A DNA stretch of 64,000 nucleotides from an uncultured Actinomycetes bacterium (GCA_963794605.1 CAWCEN010000003.1:113658-177657); one strand, 5' to 3'. Counted from the first letter of the stretch, positions 25,324-36,446 are shown. Translations and numbers: made by a program. The notes: generated by a model from the letters alone, not told the origin.

Positions 25324-26624
25324 TGCTGTTCGTCAAGGGCGCGCCGAAGGAGAACCTGATCGTCCACGGGGCGCGCGTGCTCGACCCCGTCGAGGGACTC
25401 GACACGCAGGTCGACGTCAAGGTCGACGACGGCGTCATCGCCGAGCTCGGCTCGAACCTGCCGCAGAACTCGCACAAGGTGATCGACGGGACCGGCCTCG
25501 TGCTCGCGCCGGCGTTCGTCGACCCGCACGTCCACCTCAGGACGCCCGGCCGCGAGGACGAGGAGACGATCACGTCTGGTACCCGCGCCGCAGCCGCGGG
25601 CGGCTACTGCGTGATCCTCGCCATGCCCAACACCGAGCCGGTCGTCGACTCCGCTGCGGTTCTGGGGGCGCTCGTCGAGCAGGCCCGCGACGAGGCCGAG
25701 GTGCCGGTCGGGTTCCTGGCCGCGATCTCCAAGGGGCAGGAAGGCTCGGAGCTGACCGAGATGGGCGAGCTCGCGGACGAGGGGGCGGTCGGATTCACGG
25801 ACGACGGGCGCCCGGTGGTCGCGACGTCGCTCATGTGGCGCGCGCTCCAGTACGCGTCGATCACCGACCGGCCGATCGCGGTGCACTGCGAGGACCCGAC
25901 GCTCTCGTGCGGAGGGCACATGCGCGAAGGAGTCGTCTCCGCGGAGCTCGGGATCGGCGGCTGGCCCTCGATTGCTGAGAGCGTGATGGTCGAGCGTGAC
26001 CTCGCGCTGGCGCTCTACGAGAACCGGACGCTGCACCTGATGCACCTCTCGGCGCGTGCTTCGGTCGACGCGCTCCGCCGGGCCCACGCCGAAGGAGTCC
26101 GCGCGACGGCCGAGGTCACGCCGCACCATCTGGTGCTCACGGACGAGGCCGTCCGCACGCTCGACCCGAACGTCAAGATGAACCCGCCGCTCGGGACCGA
26201 CGACGAACGGAAGGCGCTCGTCGAGGCGCTGCGCGACGGAACGATCTCCTGCATTGCCACCGACCACGCTCCGCATGCACGGCACGAGAAGGAAGTGCCG
26301 TTCGAGGCGGCGCCGTTCGGCGTGACCGGGCTGGAAACGGCGTTCTCGTCGCTCTACACGCACCTCGTCGAGCCGGGGCTGATCTCGCTCGAGACGCTCC
26401 TCGAGCGGATGTCCGCGGGACCGGCCCGCGCGTACGGGCTCGACGCGCCGAAGATCGCGGTCGGCGCACCCGCGAACGCCGTCCTGCTCGACACGCAGGC
26501 GAGCTGGCAGGTGGCCGAGGACGGCTTCAAGAGCCGCTCGAAGAACTCCTGGCTGATCGGCGAGAAGCTCCGCGGCCGGGTGCGCGCGACGATCGCCGCC
26601 GGACGGCTGGTGCACGAGTCGTGA
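25320..26624 (+). CDS. pyrC: dihydroorotase
   Basis: 'FVDPHVHLRTPG', 'ATDHAPH'. Overlaps the pyrB stop. Confidence 0.95.
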   Translation: MMLFVKGAPKENLIVHGARVLDPVEGLDTQVDVKVDDGVIAELGSNLPQNSHKVIDGTGLVLAPAFVDPHVHLRTPGREDEETITSGTRAAAAGGYCVILAMPNTEPVVDSAAVLGALVEQARDEAEVPVGFLAAISKGQEGSELTEMGELADEGAVGFTDDGRPVVATSLMWRALQYASITDRPIAVHCEDPTLSCGGHMREGVVSAELGIGGWPSIAESVMVERDLALALYENRTLHLMHLSARASVDALRRAHAEGVRATAEVTPHHLVLTDEAVRTLDPNVKMNPPLGTDDERKALVEALRDGTISCIATDHAPHARHEKEVPFEAAPFGVTGLETAFSSLYTHLVEPGLISLETLLERMSAGPARAYGLDAPKIAVGAPANAVLLDTQASWQVAEDGFKSRSKNSWLIGEKLRGRVRATIAAGRLVHES

Positions 26625-27667
26625 ACGGCTTCCTGCTCCTCGAGGACGGGACGGTCTTCCGCGGCGAGTCGGTCGGCGCCGAGGGCTACGCGTTCGGCGA
26701 GGCGGTCTTCACGACGGCGATGACCGGTTACCAGGAGGTCGTCACCGATCCGAGCTACGCGGACCAGATCGTGTGCTTCACCGCGGCCATGGTCGGGAAC
26801 TACGGCGTCGCCCCGATGCGCGCCGAGTCTGCGCGCGCTCATGCGAGAGCGGTTCTGATGCGCGAGGCGCGAGGCCCGGCGTGGACGGACTGGCTCCACG
26901 ACCAGGGCGTCGTCGCGCTGACCGGGATCGACACGCGCTCGCTCGTCCTGCACCTCCGTCAGGCCGGTGCGATGCGGGCGATCGCGATGGGCGGCGAGGC
27001 GTCGGTCGACGAGGCGCTGAGCGCCGTCCGTGCGCAGCCCGAGATGGCGGGCCGTGCGCTCGCGGCGAAGGTCTCGACGCGCAAGCCGTTCGTCTTTTCG
27101 GACGCCGGCTGGGCGCGGATCGCGGTCGTCGACTACGGCTGCAAGCGCTCGATCCTGAACCGGCTCGCCTGGTCCGGTGCGGCGATCACCGTCTACCCGC
27201 ACGACGTGGACGCCGACGAGCTCGCCGATTACGACGGCGTCCTGCTCTCGAACGGCCCCGGCGACCCGGAGCCGCTCGCCGACGAGCAGGCGACGATCCG
27301 CGACCTGATCGGGCGCGTCCCGATCCTCGGGATTTGCCTCGGACACCAGCTGCTCGCGCTCGCAACCGGGCGCAAGACGTACAAGCTCCCGTTCGGCCAC
27401 CGCGGTGCGAACCATCCGGTGCTCGAGCGCGCCACGAACGGCGTCCTCGTCACGTCGCAGAACCACGGCTTCGCCGTCTCGCCGACGCAGTCGCGCGAGG
27501 AGACGCACGTCTCGCTCTACGACGGCACCGTCGAGGGCCTCGAGCTGCGCAGCGAGCGGGCGCGCTCGGTGCAGTTCCACCCGGAGGCCGGCCCCGGGCC
27601 GCACGACGCCTGGGGGATCCTCGAATCGTGGGTCGAGGAGGTGAGCGGCCTCGCCAAGGCGGCGTGA
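26621..27667 (+). CDS. carA: carbamoyl-phosphate synthase small (glutaminase) subunit
   Basis: GTGA overlap with the pyrC stop. '[11 protein letters not shown]', 'QFHPEA'. Confidence 0.95.
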   Translation: MNGFLLLEDGTVFRGESVGAEGYAFGEAVFTTAMTGYQEVVTDPSYADQIVCFTAAMVGNYGVAPMRAESARAHARAVLMREARGPAWTDWLHDQGVVALTGIDTRSLVLHLRQAGAMRAIAMGGEASVDEALSAVRAQPEMAGRALAAKVSTRKPFVFSDAGWARIAVVDYGCKRSILNRLAWSGAAITVYPHDVDADELADYDGVLLSNGPGDPEPLADEQATIRDLIGRVPILGICLGHQLLALATGRKTYKLPFGHRGANHPVLERATNGVLVTSQNHGFAVSPTQSREETHVSLYDGTVEGLELRSERARSVQFHPEAGPGPHDAWGILESWVEEVSGLAKAA

Positions 27668-27704
27668 CATCGAGTCGGTCTGCCTGATCGGCTCCGGGCC
27701 GATC

Positions 27705-30700
27705 GTGATCGGGCAGGCGTGCGAGTTCGACTACGCGGGCTGCCAGGCGCTGAAGGTGCTCCGGGCGGACGGCTTCAAGACGATCGTCGTCAACTCGAAC
27801 CCGGCGACGATCATGACCGACCCAGGGTTCGCCGACCGCACGTACCTCGAGCCACTCGACCTCGAAGGCGTCGCGGGCGTGCTCGAGCGCGAGCGTCCGG
27901 ACGCGCTGCTCCCGACGATGGGGGGGCAAACGGCCTTGAACCTCGCAGTTGCGCTGGCGGAGGCAGGAGCTCTCGAAGAGCTCGGGGTCGAGCTCATCGG
28001 GGCCCCGATCGACGTGATCAGGCGCGCCGAGGACCGCGACCTCTTCCGCGAGACGGTGCGCGCCGCGGGCCTGCGCGTGCCCGAGTCGATCGTCGTCACG
28101 TCCCTCGAGGACGTGCCCGAGGGCCTGTCCCTGCCCGTCATTCTGCGGCCTGCGTTCACGTTGGGCGGCCATGGCGGCGGCACGGCGCGGACGCGCGAGG
28201 AGCTGGAGCCCCTGCTCGAGCGCGGGCTCGCGGAGAGCCCCGTGGGCCAGGTGCTCGTCGAGGAGTCGCTCCTCGGCTGGGACGAGTTCGAGCTCGAGCT
28301 GATGCGCGACCACGTGGACAACGCCGTCGTCGTCTGCTCGATCGAGAACATCGACCCGATGGGCGTCCACACGGGCGACTCGGTGACGGTCGCGCCCCAG
28401 ATGACGCTGTCCGACGAGGCGTACCAGGAGCTGCGCGACGCGGCGATCAGGGTTATCCGCGCGGTCGGCGTCGACTGCGGCGGGTCGAACATCCAGTTCG
28501 CGCGCGAGCGCAAGACCGGGGAGCTGCGGGTGATCGAGATGAACCCGCGCGTTTCGCGGTCTTCGGCGCTCGCATCGAAGGCGACCGGCTACCCGATCGC
28601 GAAGGTCGCCGCGAAGCTCGCGGTCGGGTACACGCTCGACGAGATCCCGAACGACCTGACCGGGACGACGCCGGCGAGCTTCGAGCCGACGCTCGACTAC
28701 GTCGTCGTCAAGTTCCCGCGCTTCGCGTTCGAGAAGTTCCCGGGCGCGGACTCGACGCTCGGCACGCAGATGAAGTCGGTCGGCGAGGCTATGGGGATCG
28801 GGCGGACATTCGGCGAGGCGTTCCTCAAGGCGCGCCGCTCGCGGGAGCTCGACGGGGCCGATGAATGGGAGCTGCCCGAGGGTGCGCATCCGTGGTTCCG
28901 CGCCGAGCTGGAGCGGCTCGAGGCGTCCGTTGAGCAGCTCGACGACCTCGTCAAAGACGACTGGGTGCGGCTCAAGCGCCTGGGCCTCTCGGACGCGGCG
29001 ATCGCATCGAGGTGCGGAGCGACCGAGGCGCTGGCACGGGCGAAGCGCCGCGGGTGGGGCGTTCGACCTGCGTACAGGCGGGTCGACTCGTGCGCGGCCG
29101 AGGTCGCGGCGGCCTCGAACTACTTCTACTCCACGTGGGGCGAGGCCGACGAGGCCAAACCGGACGGCTCGAAGCCGCGCGTCGTCATTCTCGGCTCCGG
29201 CCCGAACCGGATCGGCCAGGGGATCGAGTTCGACTACTGCTGCGTCCACGCTGCGCAGGCGTTCCGCGCGCTCGGCTACGAGGCGGTGATGGTCAACTGC
29301 AACCCGGAGACCGTCTCGACCGACTACGACACGTCGGACCGCCTCTACTTCGAGCCGCTCGGCGCGGAGGAAGTGCTCGAGATCTGCGCCCGCGAGCTGC
29401 CCGAGGGCGTCGTCATCCAGTTCGGGGGTCAGACCCCGCTAAAACTTGCGCGCGAAATCGAAACAGAAGGCTGGCGCATCCTCGGGACGCCCTTCGAGGC
29501 GGTCGACCTCGCCGAAGATCGCGAGCGGTTCGCGGCCCTCTGCGAAGAGCTCGAGATCGACGTCCCGTCCTGGTCGATGGCCAAGGGCGCGAGCGAGGCG
29601 GCCTACGTGGCCGAGGCGATTGGTTATCCGGTGCTCGTCCGGCCCTCGTACGTGCTCGGCGGGAGGAACATGCAGGTCTGCTACGACGACGAGTCCGTGG
29701 CAGCGGCCGCCGAGGTCGGCGGACGGGTGCTGATCGACCGCTTCCTCGAGGGCGCGATCGAGATCGACGTCGACGCGCTCTGCGACGGCCGCGAGACCTT
29801 CGTGGCCGCGGTCATGGAGCACGTCGAGGAGGCCGGCGTGCACTCCGGCGACTCGTCCTGCGTCCTGCCGGCGCCGTCGCTCGACGATGAGACGCTCGCG
29901 CGGATCGAGGAGACCGTGGAGAAGCTCGCGGCGGCCCTTGGGGTCGTCGGTCTCGTGAACGTCCAGCTCGCCGTCCAGGACGGTGAGGTGTTCGTGCTCG
30001 AGGCGAACCCGCGCGCGTCTCGAACCGTCCCGTTCGCGAGCAAAGCGATCGGTCTCAACCTCGTCGAGGCCGCCTGCAAGCTCGCCGCAGGCGCACGCCT
30101 GTCCGAGCTCGACCTGTCCCGGGGACAGGCCCTGGTGAAAGGAGCGCAGCAATTTAGTGTCAAAGCGGCCGTCCTTCCGTTCGCGCGCTTCCCGGGCGCC
30201 GACCCCGTGCTCGGGCCCGAGATGCGCTCGACGGGCGAGGTGATGGCGAGCGCCGCCGACCTGCCGACGGCCCTCGCCAAGGCCGAGCGTGCCGCAGGCC
30301 GGCCGCTGCCGATGGAGGGCACCGCCTTCCTCTCGGTGCGCGACGCCGACAAGCCGGCGCTCGTCGAGGTCGCCGACTCGCTGGCCAAGCTCGGCTTCCG
30401 CCTCGTCGCCACCGCGGGCACGGCGAGGGCGCTCGCCAACGCGCGGATCGCCGTCGAGCACGTCCGCAAGGTGACCGAGGCGGGGGAGGGGGCGACCGTC
30501 GTCGACCTCGTCCGTCGCGGACACTGCGACCTGGTTATCAACACGCCCTTCGGCGACCGGGGGGCCCGCTCGGACGGCTACTTGATCCGCGAGGCCGCGC
30601 TCGCCGCCCGCGTCCCGTGCATCACGACGATGGCCGGCGCCAGGGCTGCAGTGCGGGCGATTGCGGACGCCCAGGGCGACCTCGCGGTGTCGCTCCAGGA

Positions 30701-30731
30701 GCGGATCAGTGCGCAGAAGAGAAGCGCTTAG
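27705..30731 (+). CDS. carB: carbamoyl-phosphate synthase large subunit (start codon unresolved; see finding)
   Basis: Two ATP-grasp halves plus an MGS-like C-terminus. The first canonical start is GTG 27705, but conserved CarB N-terminal residues are encoded from about 27654. Confidence 0.9.
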   Translation: MIGQACEFDYAGCQALKVLRADGFKTIVVNSNPATIMTDPGFADRTYLEPLDLEGVAGVLERERPDALLPTMGGQTALNLAVALAEAGALEELGVELIGAPIDVIRRAEDRDLFRETVRAAGLRVPESIVVTSLEDVPEGLSLPVILRPAFTLGGHGGGTARTREELEPLLERGLAESPVGQVLVEESLLGWDEFELELMRDHVDNAVVVCSIENIDPMGVHTGDSVTVAPQMTLSDEAYQELRDAAIRVIRAVGVDCGGSNIQFARERKTGELRVIEMNPRVSRSSALASKATGYPIAKVAAKLAVGYTLDEIPNDLTGTTPASFEPTLDYVVVKFPRFAFEKFPGADSTLGTQMKSVGEAMGIGRTFGEAFLKARRSRELDGADEWELPEGAHPWFRAELERLEASVEQLDDLVKDDWVRLKRLGLSDAAIASRCGATEALARAKRRGWGVRPAYRRVDSCAAEVAAASNYFYSTWGEADEAKPDGSKPRVVILGSGPNRIGQGIEFDYCCVHAAQAFRALGYEAVMVNCNPETVSTDYDTSDRLYFEPLGAEEVLEICARELPEGVVIQFGGQTPLKLAREIETEGWRILGTPFEAVDLAEDRERFAALCEELEIDVPSWSMAKGASEAAYVAEAIGYPVLVRPSYVLGGRNMQVCYDDESVAAAAEVGGRVLIDRFLEGAIEIDVDALCDGRETFVAAVMEHVEEAGVHSGDSSCVLPAPSLDDETLARIEETVEKLAAALGVVGLVNVQLAVQDGEVFVLEANPRASRTVPFASKAIGLNLVEAACKLAAGARLSELDLSRGQALVKGAQQFSVKAAVLPFARFPGADPVLGPEMRSTGEVMASAADLPTALAKAERAAGRPLPMEGTAFLSVRDADKPALVEVADSLAKLGFRLVATAGTARALANARIAVEHVRKVTEAGEGATVVDLVRRGHCDLVINTPFGDRGARSDGYLIREAALAARVPCITTMAGARAAVRAIADAQGDLAVSLQERISAQKRSA

Positions 30732-31383
30732 AGTCGTCGCCAGCGATGCGGTTGGCCCCTACTCGCTGATTCGAGTCGAACGACGCGGGCTCGAGCCGGG
30801 CGTTCCGGGGCAGTTCTTCATGCTCGAGGCGCCTGGACGGCTGCTGCCGCGGCCGATGAGCCTCTGCCAGGCGCCGCCCGGTGAGCTGGCCTTCCTGCTC
30901 GAAGCGATCGGGCCCGGAACCCGCGCGCTGGCCGCGGTCGAGCCCGGAGACGAGCTCCACGTCTTCGGCCCGCTCGGCAACGGCTACCGGCTCGGTGTCC
31001 AGAGGCCGCTCCTCGTCGCCGGCGGGATCGGCGTGGCTCCATTCCCGTACCTCTCGGAACAACTAGGCGGCCCGCCGGCGATCCTCGGCTTCCGAAGCGA
31101 CTGGCACGCGGAGGCCGCCGCCCTCGTTCCGAACGCCGAGGTCGTCGTCGAACCAACGCTCGTCACGGAGCCACTAACCGACTTGATAACAGACTGTCAC
31201 AAAGTCTTCGCGTGCGGGCCTGAGCCGATGCTGGAGGCGGTTCGTGAGCTCGCGCCGGACGCGCAGCTCGCCTGGGAGGCGCCCATGGCCTGCGGCTACG
31301 GCGCCTGCTATGGCTGCTCCGTGGAGATCGACGGCGTCCTGCAGCGGCTCTGCGTCGCCGGCCCCGTTCTGGAGGCGGCGTGA
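30709..31383 (+). CDS. pyrK: dihydroorotate dehydrogenase electron-transfer subunit
   Basis: GTG 30709. FAD/NAD-binding pattern 'RPMSL', 'GPLGNG', and 2Fe-2S motif 'CGYGACYGC...LC'. Confidence 0.8.
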   Translation: MRRREALRVVASDAVGPYSLIRVERRGLEPGVPGQFFMLEAPGRLLPRPMSLCQAPPGELAFLLEAIGPGTRALAAVEPGDELHVFGPLGNGYRLGVQRPLLVAGGIGVAPFPYLSEQLGGPPAILGFRSDWHAEAAALVPNAEVVVEPTLVTEPLTDLITDCHKVFACGPEPMLEAVRELAPDAQLAWEAPMACGYGACYGCSVEIDGVLQRLCVAGPVLEAA

Positions 31384-32237
31384 TTCTGAACGCCTCGGGC
31401 TGCCTGGACGCGCTCGAGGCGCCGGAAGTCGCCCTTGCACTCGACGTGTTCGTGACGAAGACCGTCACGCCACAGCCGCGCGAGGGCAACCGCCCGGTCC
31501 GGGTCGCCGAGACCGAGGCGGGCATGCTCAACTCGATCGGGCTCGAGAACCCCGGAATCGACGGCCTGCTCGAGGACAAGCTTCCGCGTCTGGCCGAGCT
31601 CGGAGTCCCGCTCTGGGTGTCCGTCGGCGGGTTCGCGGCGAGCGACTACGCCGAACTCTGCGCCGCACTCGACGACCGCCAGGAAGTGACGGCGATCGAG
31701 CTCAATCTGTCCTGCCCGAACGTCGAGGAAGCGCCCGAGAGCGCCGCCGAGCTGGTCGCCGCGGCGCGGCCGCAGACCACAAAGACCCTCTACGCCAAAC
31801 TCTCTCCGGCCGCGACCGACCTCCCGGAGACCGCCCGCGCAGTCCAAGCCGCAGGCGCCGACGGCCTCTCGCTCGTGAACACGATCCGCGGGCTCGCGCT
31901 CGACGACAGGACGCTGCAGCCCCGGCTCGGCCATGAGCTTGGAGGCTACTCCGGACCGGCCGTGAAACCGATCGCCCTCGCTGCCGTCTACCAGTGCTAC
32001 CGCGCCACAGGGCTGCCGATCGTGGGCATGGGCGGGATCGCAACCGGTCGCGACGCGCTCGAATTTCTCGCCGCCGGAGCGAGCTCGATCTCGCTCGGAA
32101 CGGTCCTTTTCAGCGACCCCGAAGCACCGGGTCGAGTGCGCAACGAGCTGGCCGACGAGCTCGCTGCACGTGGGCTCTCAGGGGCCGAAGAGGCGACCGG
32201 CCTTGCGCACGGCGCGAGACCTGCTCCTGTTGCCTGA
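31380..32237 (+). CDS. pyrD: dihydroorotate dehydrogenase (class 1B) catalytic subunit
   Basis: 'LNASGC', 'AGMLNSIGLENPG', 'IELNLSCPN', 'NTIRG', 'GGYSGPAVKPIAL', 'IVGMGGI'. Confidence 0.9.
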   Translation: MILNASGCLDALEAPEVALALDVFVTKTVTPQPREGNRPVRVAETEAGMLNSIGLENPGIDGLLEDKLPRLAELGVPLWVSVGGFAASDYAELCAALDDRQEVTAIELNLSCPNVEEAPESAAELVAAARPQTTKTLYAKLSPAATDLPETARAVQAAGADGLSLVNTIRGLALDDRTLQPRLGHELGGYSGPAVKPIALAAVYQCYRATGLPIVGMGGIATGRDALEFLAAGASSISLGTVLFSDPEAPGRVRNELADELAARGLSGAEEATGLAHGARPAPVA

Positions 32238-32312
32238 TCGGACAATAGACGAGTTTTGCGGGCAAAACACACGGTTTGCACGTGTACTCCGCGCGCACTA
32301 GTATCACCCGCC

Positions 32313-32642
32313 GTGGCGGCAACGAAGACTCAGGCGAAGGCGCCTGCCAGGTCTCGCGACCAGCGCTTGGAGGCTCTGAAGCGCGCGAACGACATCCGGG
32401 TCAAGAGAGCACAGCTGAAGAAGGACCTGAAAGTGGGGCGCGCACGGATCGACAAGATCCTCAACAACCCGCCCGAGTACGTCGAGACCGCCAAGGTGTT
32501 CGACATGCTGATGGCCGTGCCCAAGTTCGGACGGGTGAAGGCGGCGCGGTTCTTGAACCAGGCCCGGATCAGCCAGTCGAAGACGGTCGGTGGCCTCTCC
32601 GACCGTCAGCGGACTGAGCTCATTGGGCTCTTCCACAAGTAG
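32313..32642 (+). CDS. mihF: actinobacterial integration host factor
   Basis: 'RLEALKRANDIRVKRAQLKKDLK...VFDMLMAVPKFGRVKAARFL'. Start placed at GTG 32313; the track start is 32256. Confidence 0.8.
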   Translation: MAATKTQAKAPARSRDQRLEALKRANDIRVKRAQLKKDLKVGRARIDKILNNPPEYVETAKVFDMLMAVPKFGRVKAARFLNQARISQSKTVGGLSDRQRTELIGLFHK

Positions 32643-33225
32643 CGGCTCCACGAGCCCGGTTTTCGTCGTCACGGGGACCTCGGGAGCCGGGAAGGGCACC
32701 CTCGAAAGGGCACTGCTGAGGGAGATGGCCGACCTCGAGCTCGCGGTCTCGGCCACGACGCGCGGACGCCGCGAAGGCGAGGAGGACGGCCGCGAGTACT
32801 GGTTCATCTCGGACGAGGATTTCGACCAGAAGGTCGCCGCCGGGGAGTTCCTCGAGTACGTCGAGTTTCCGTGGGGACAGCGCTCGGGCACCCTCCGCTC
32901 GGAGATCGACCGCATCCAGTCCCACGGCAGGGTCCCGCTGCTCGACCTCGAGCCCCAGGGCGCGCTCGACCTGAAGCAGAGCGTTCCCGGCGCGGTCACG
33001 ATCTTCGTCGAGGCCCCGAGCTTTGCCGAGAACGAGCGGCGGCTGCGCGAGCGGGCGACCGAGAGCGAGGGCGAGATCGAGGAGCGCCTCGACCTGGCCC
33101 GGGAGCAGCTCTCCCAGGCAGGCGAGTTCGACTACCTGGTCGTCAACGACGACGTCGACCGCGCCCTCGCCGAGGTCGAGGAAATCGTCCGTTCGAAACT
33201 CTCCGCTACCATGTCGCGACCGTGA
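32590..33225 (+). CDS. gmk: guanylate kinase
   Basis: P-loop 'GTSGAGKGT', 'SATTRGRREGEEDGREYWF'. The true start may be TTG 32623. Confidence 0.9.
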   Translation: MASPTVSGLSSLGSSTSSGSTSPVFVVTGTSGAGKGTLERALLREMADLELAVSATTRGRREGEEDGREYWFISDEDFDQKVAAGEFLEYVEFPWGQRSGTLRSEIDRIQSHGRVPLLDLEPQGALDLKQSVPGAVTIFVEAPSFAENERRLRERATESEGEIEERLDLAREQLSQAGEFDYLVVNDDVDRALAEVEEIVRSKLSATMSRP

Positions 33226-33452
33226 TCCACCCACGCATCGACACACTGCTCGACAACGTTCCGGAGCGATATGCGCTCGTGATAGTCGCCGCCAAGCGCG
33301 CGCGGCAGATCAACAACTACCACCACCAGCTCGGCGAGGGCACATTCGACGACAATCCGCCGCCGCTCGTGGAGTCGCGCTCCAAGAACTACTTGACGAT
33401 GGCCCTCGAAGAAGTTGCCGAGGGCAAGATCAAGTACACGTACAAGGGCTAG
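33222..33452 (+). CDS. rpoZ: DNA-directed RNA polymerase subunit omega
   Basis: GTGA overlap with the gmk stop. 'IDTLLDNVPERYALVIVAAKRARQI'. Confidence 0.85.
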   Translation: MIHPRIDTLLDNVPERYALVIVAAKRARQINNYHHQLGEGTFDDNPPPLVESRSKNYLTMALEEVAEGKIKYTYKG

Positions 33453-33456
33453 CGCC

Positions 33457-34278
33457 TCAGCGACCTCGGGACAAGGCGGCCGCTGACCTGCGGTTGCGGA
33501 CCCACGCGCTGATTCCGAGGCCGAGCAGCGCGAGCAGGGCGACGACGACGATCGCCAGGGGCACGAGGAACCACTTCGCGCCGAGGTGAGCGACCCCGCC
33601 CGTCGGGTCGGGAGCCGCCTCGGCCGACGCTTCGCGCTGGGAGGCAGCCGCCCGGCTTTTCTTCTTCTTGCCCGGGAGCTTGTGGACGTTCGGCGGCCCT
33701 TCGCTCATCGCCGAGGCCGAGTCAGCCGCCGCGGCCGATCCAGGCCCGTGGAGCTTCGTGATCATCCAGTAGTTCACCCGCCAGTGGCCGTCCTTCCCGC
33801 GCACGACGTCGGTTTCGACGGTCGCCAACTGGCCTGAGCGGTGGTCCGGGAACATCAGGAGCTCGAGCCCGACCTTGTTCGGGTACGAGTAGTTGACGAG
33901 GCTCCACTTGCCCTGCCCGCGCTTGGACGCGGCGAACGGGACGATCGGGATCTCGCCCTCGAGCCAGTCTTCACGCGTGATGCCCTGGCGCAGGTCGGGG
34001 CCGGCGAGGTCCCATGTGCCGGCAAGGTCGTGCTTGGAGACGGCGCCGCTGATGAACCTTGCGAGGACGGCGCTGACTGCGCGCCGCTTCTCTGCGGTGA
34101 ACGGAACGTGCCTCGGCTCGCGGTAGAAGGCGTCGCTCGCGTACGGACCGTTTGCGTTCCGGGCCGAACCTGAGCTCGAGTAGTGGACCGCCAGGTAACC
34201 CAGGGGGACAGCGACCACCGCCACCACGGCAGCAATCGTCAGCCGTCGTCGACTGCGGCGCGAAGAGAGCACGTTCAT
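33457..34278 (-). CDS. membrane protein with N- and C-terminal TM anchors, function unknown
   Basis: 273 aa. TM segments 'LTIAAVVAVVAVPLGYLAV' and 'WFLVPLAIVVVALLALLGLGI'. GC3-rich. Confidence 0.6.
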   Translation of the reverse strand: MNVLSSRRSRRRLTIAAVVAVVAVPLGYLAVHYSSSGSARNANGPYASDAFYREPRHVPFTAEKRRAVSAVLARFISGAVSKHDLAGTWDLAGPDLRQGITREDWLEGEIPIVPFAASKRGQGKWSLVNYSYPNKVGLELLMFPDHRSGQLATVETDVVRGKDGHWRVNYWMITKLHGPGSAAAADSASAMSEGPPNVHKLPGKKKKSRAAASQREASAEAAPDPTGGVAHLGAKWFLVPLAIVVVALLALLGLGISAWVRNRRSAAALSRGR

Positions 34279-34334
34279 TAGGACGAACGTAACGGCGACT
34301 CGGCTAGTGGGCTCTTGACTGCAGTGGGCAATAT

Positions 34335-35489
34335 GTGTCCATGGCCAAGGTGCTCCTCGGGGTCACCGGCGGCATCGCCGCCTACAAGGCTTGCGAGCTG
34401 ACGCGCCTGCTCGCCAAGGCCGGGCACGACGTGGTTCCGCTGGTCACGCGCGGGGCGGACCGGTTCGTGCGCCGCGAGACCTTCGCCGCGCTCGCCCGGA
34501 GGCCGGCCGAGGAGGATCTCTATCCGCACCTGACCCGCGCGGACCTGCTCGTGATCGCGCCGTTGACCGCGAACACCATGGCGAAGCTCGCATACGGGCT
34601 CGCGGACGACGTCCTCATGGAAGCGGCGCTGGCCCACCGCGGACCGATGCTCGTCGCGCCGGCGATGAACCCGCGCATGTGGTCGCACCCGGCCACCCAG
34701 GCGAACGCAGCGACTCTGCGCGAGCGCGGGGTGGAGCTGATCGGCCCCGACGAGGGCGAGACGGCCGAGGGCGAGCTCGGCGTGGGGCGGATGGCCGAGC
34801 CCGAGGAGATCTTCGAGCGCGTGCAGGAGCTGCTCGGCGCGCGTAAAGGCTCGCTGAGCGGCAAGCATGTGCTTGTGACGGCCGGAGGCACCCGAGAGCC
34901 GCTCGACGCGGTGCGCTTCGTCGGCAACCGCTCCTCCGGGCGCATGGGCGTCGCGCTCGCCGAGGAGGCTCGGCGCCGCGGCGCCGAGGTGACGCTGATC
35001 GCTTCGAACCTTGCGGTCGCGGCGCCGACGGGGATCGAGATCGTCGACGCATCGACCGCAGCCGACGTCTCGCGCGCGGCACGGGGCACTGACGCAGACG
35101 TCGTGCTCATGGCCGCGGCCATCTCCGACTACCGCCCCTCGCAAACCGACGACGCCAAGCGCCCGAAGGACGACAAGAGGTGGACGATCGAGCTCGAGCC
35201 GACCGCAGACGTTCTGAGGGGCCTCGGTGAGAGCCGCAAGAACGGCCAGGTGCTCGTGGGGTTCGCGGCCGAAGCCGCAGAGGATGGGCTGCAGCGCGCC
35301 CGCCAGAAGCTCGCATACAAGAAGGTCGATCTCGTCGTCTACAACGATGTATCCCGTGAGGATGTTGGTTTCGACTCCGAGGACAACGAGATCGTGATCG
35401 TCTCCGCGCAGGGCGAGCGCCGCGTGGAGAAGGCCCCGAAGGAAGCGATCGCCGCAGCGATCCTGGACGAGGTCGAGCACCTGATCTGA
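34335..35489 (+). CDS. coaBC: bifunctional phosphopantothenoylcysteine decarboxylase / phosphopantothenate-cysteine ligase
   Basis: 'GVTGGIAAYKA', 'PAMN..MW', 'VTAGGTREPLDAVRFVGNRSSGRMG'. Confidence 0.95.
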   Translation: MSMAKVLLGVTGGIAAYKACELTRLLAKAGHDVVPLVTRGADRFVRRETFAALARRPAEEDLYPHLTRADLLVIAPLTANTMAKLAYGLADDVLMEAALAHRGPMLVAPAMNPRMWSHPATQANAATLRERGVELIGPDEGETAEGELGVGRMAEPEEIFERVQELLGARKGSLSGKHVLVTAGGTREPLDAVRFVGNRSSGRMGVALAEEARRRGAEVTLIASNLAVAAPTGIEIVDASTAADVSRAARGTDADVVLMAAAISDYRPSQTDDAKRPKDDKRWTIELEPTADVLRGLGESRKNGQVLVGFAAEAAEDGLQRARQKLAYKKVDLVVYNDVSREDVGFDSEDNEIVIVSAQGERRVEKAPKEAIAAAILDEVEHLI

Positions 35490-36445
35490 TGCAGGAGCCG
35501 ACCACCTCGACCGAGCATTCGGCCGACGTCATCCGTCGTCTTGCCGAAAACGTCGGAAAGGTCGTCCACGCGCCGGCCGAGACGCTCCGGCTCTCAGTGC
35601 TCTGCCTCGTCAGCGAGGGGCACCTGATCATCGAGGACTTTCCGGGCGTCGGGAAAACGATGCTGGCCAAGGCGATGGCGCGCTCCCTCGACTGCTCCTT
35701 CTCGCGCCTCCAGTTCACGCCCGATTTGCTCCCCTCAGACGTCACCGGCGTCAACGTCTTCAACCAGCGCTCGAACGAGTTCGAGTTCCGGCCGGGCCCG
35801 ATCTTCGCGAACCTCCTCCTCGTCGACGAGATCAACCGCGCTCCACCGAAGACCCAGGCGGCGCTCCTGGAGTGCATGCAGGAGAACCAGGTCACGATCG
35901 ACGGCGTGAGCTACTCGCTCGGTCGGCCGTTCATGGTCATGGCGACGCAGAACCCGATCGAGTACGAGGGCACGTATCCGCTACCCGAGGCGCAGCTCGA
36001 CCGCTTCACGATGCGGCTCGACATCGGCTACCCGCAGCCGGACCAGGAGGCGCGCATGCTCTCGGAGCAGACGAGCGACCCGCCGCTCGAAATGCTCGAG
36101 CCGGTCATCAACGCGACCGGGATCACGGAGGTGATCGACGAGGCGACGCGCGTCTTCGTCGAGCCGAGCCTCAACCGCTACGTCGTCGACCTCGTCGGCC
36201 AGACGCGGAGCGACCAGCGGCTCTACCTCGGTGCGAGCCCGCGCGCCGGGATCTCGCTCCTGCGAGTCTCGAAGGCGCGGGCACTCGCCGACGGGCGGGA
36301 CTACGTGCTGCCCGACGACATCCAGGCGGTCGCGACCGCCGTCCTCGCGCACAGGCTGATCCTCGGGCCCGAAGCGCGCGCGAATGGGACGCCCCCGCAG
36401 CAGCTCGTTCGCGAAGCAGTCGAACGGACCCCGGTCCCCGCCTGA
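35489..36445 (+). CDS. MoxR-family AAA+ ATPase
   Basis: Walker A 'GVGKTMLAKA', Walker B 'LLLVDEINRA', and 'FMVMATQNPIEYEGTYPLPEAQLDRF'. Confidence 0.9.
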   Translation: MQEPTTSTEHSADVIRRLAENVGKVVHAPAETLRLSVLCLVSEGHLIIEDFPGVGKTMLAKAMARSLDCSFSRLQFTPDLLPSDVTGVNVFNQRSNEFEFRPGPIFANLLLVDEINRAPPKTQAALLECMQENQVTIDGVSYSLGRPFMVMATQNPIEYEGTYPLPEAQLDRFTMRLDIGYPQPDQEARMLSEQTSDPPLEMLEPVINATGITEVIDEATRVFVEPSLNRYVVDLVGQTRSDQRLYLGASPRAGISLLRVSKARALADGRDYVLPDDIQAVATAVLAHRLILGPEARANGTPPQQLVREAVERTPVPA

Positions 36446-36446
36446 C

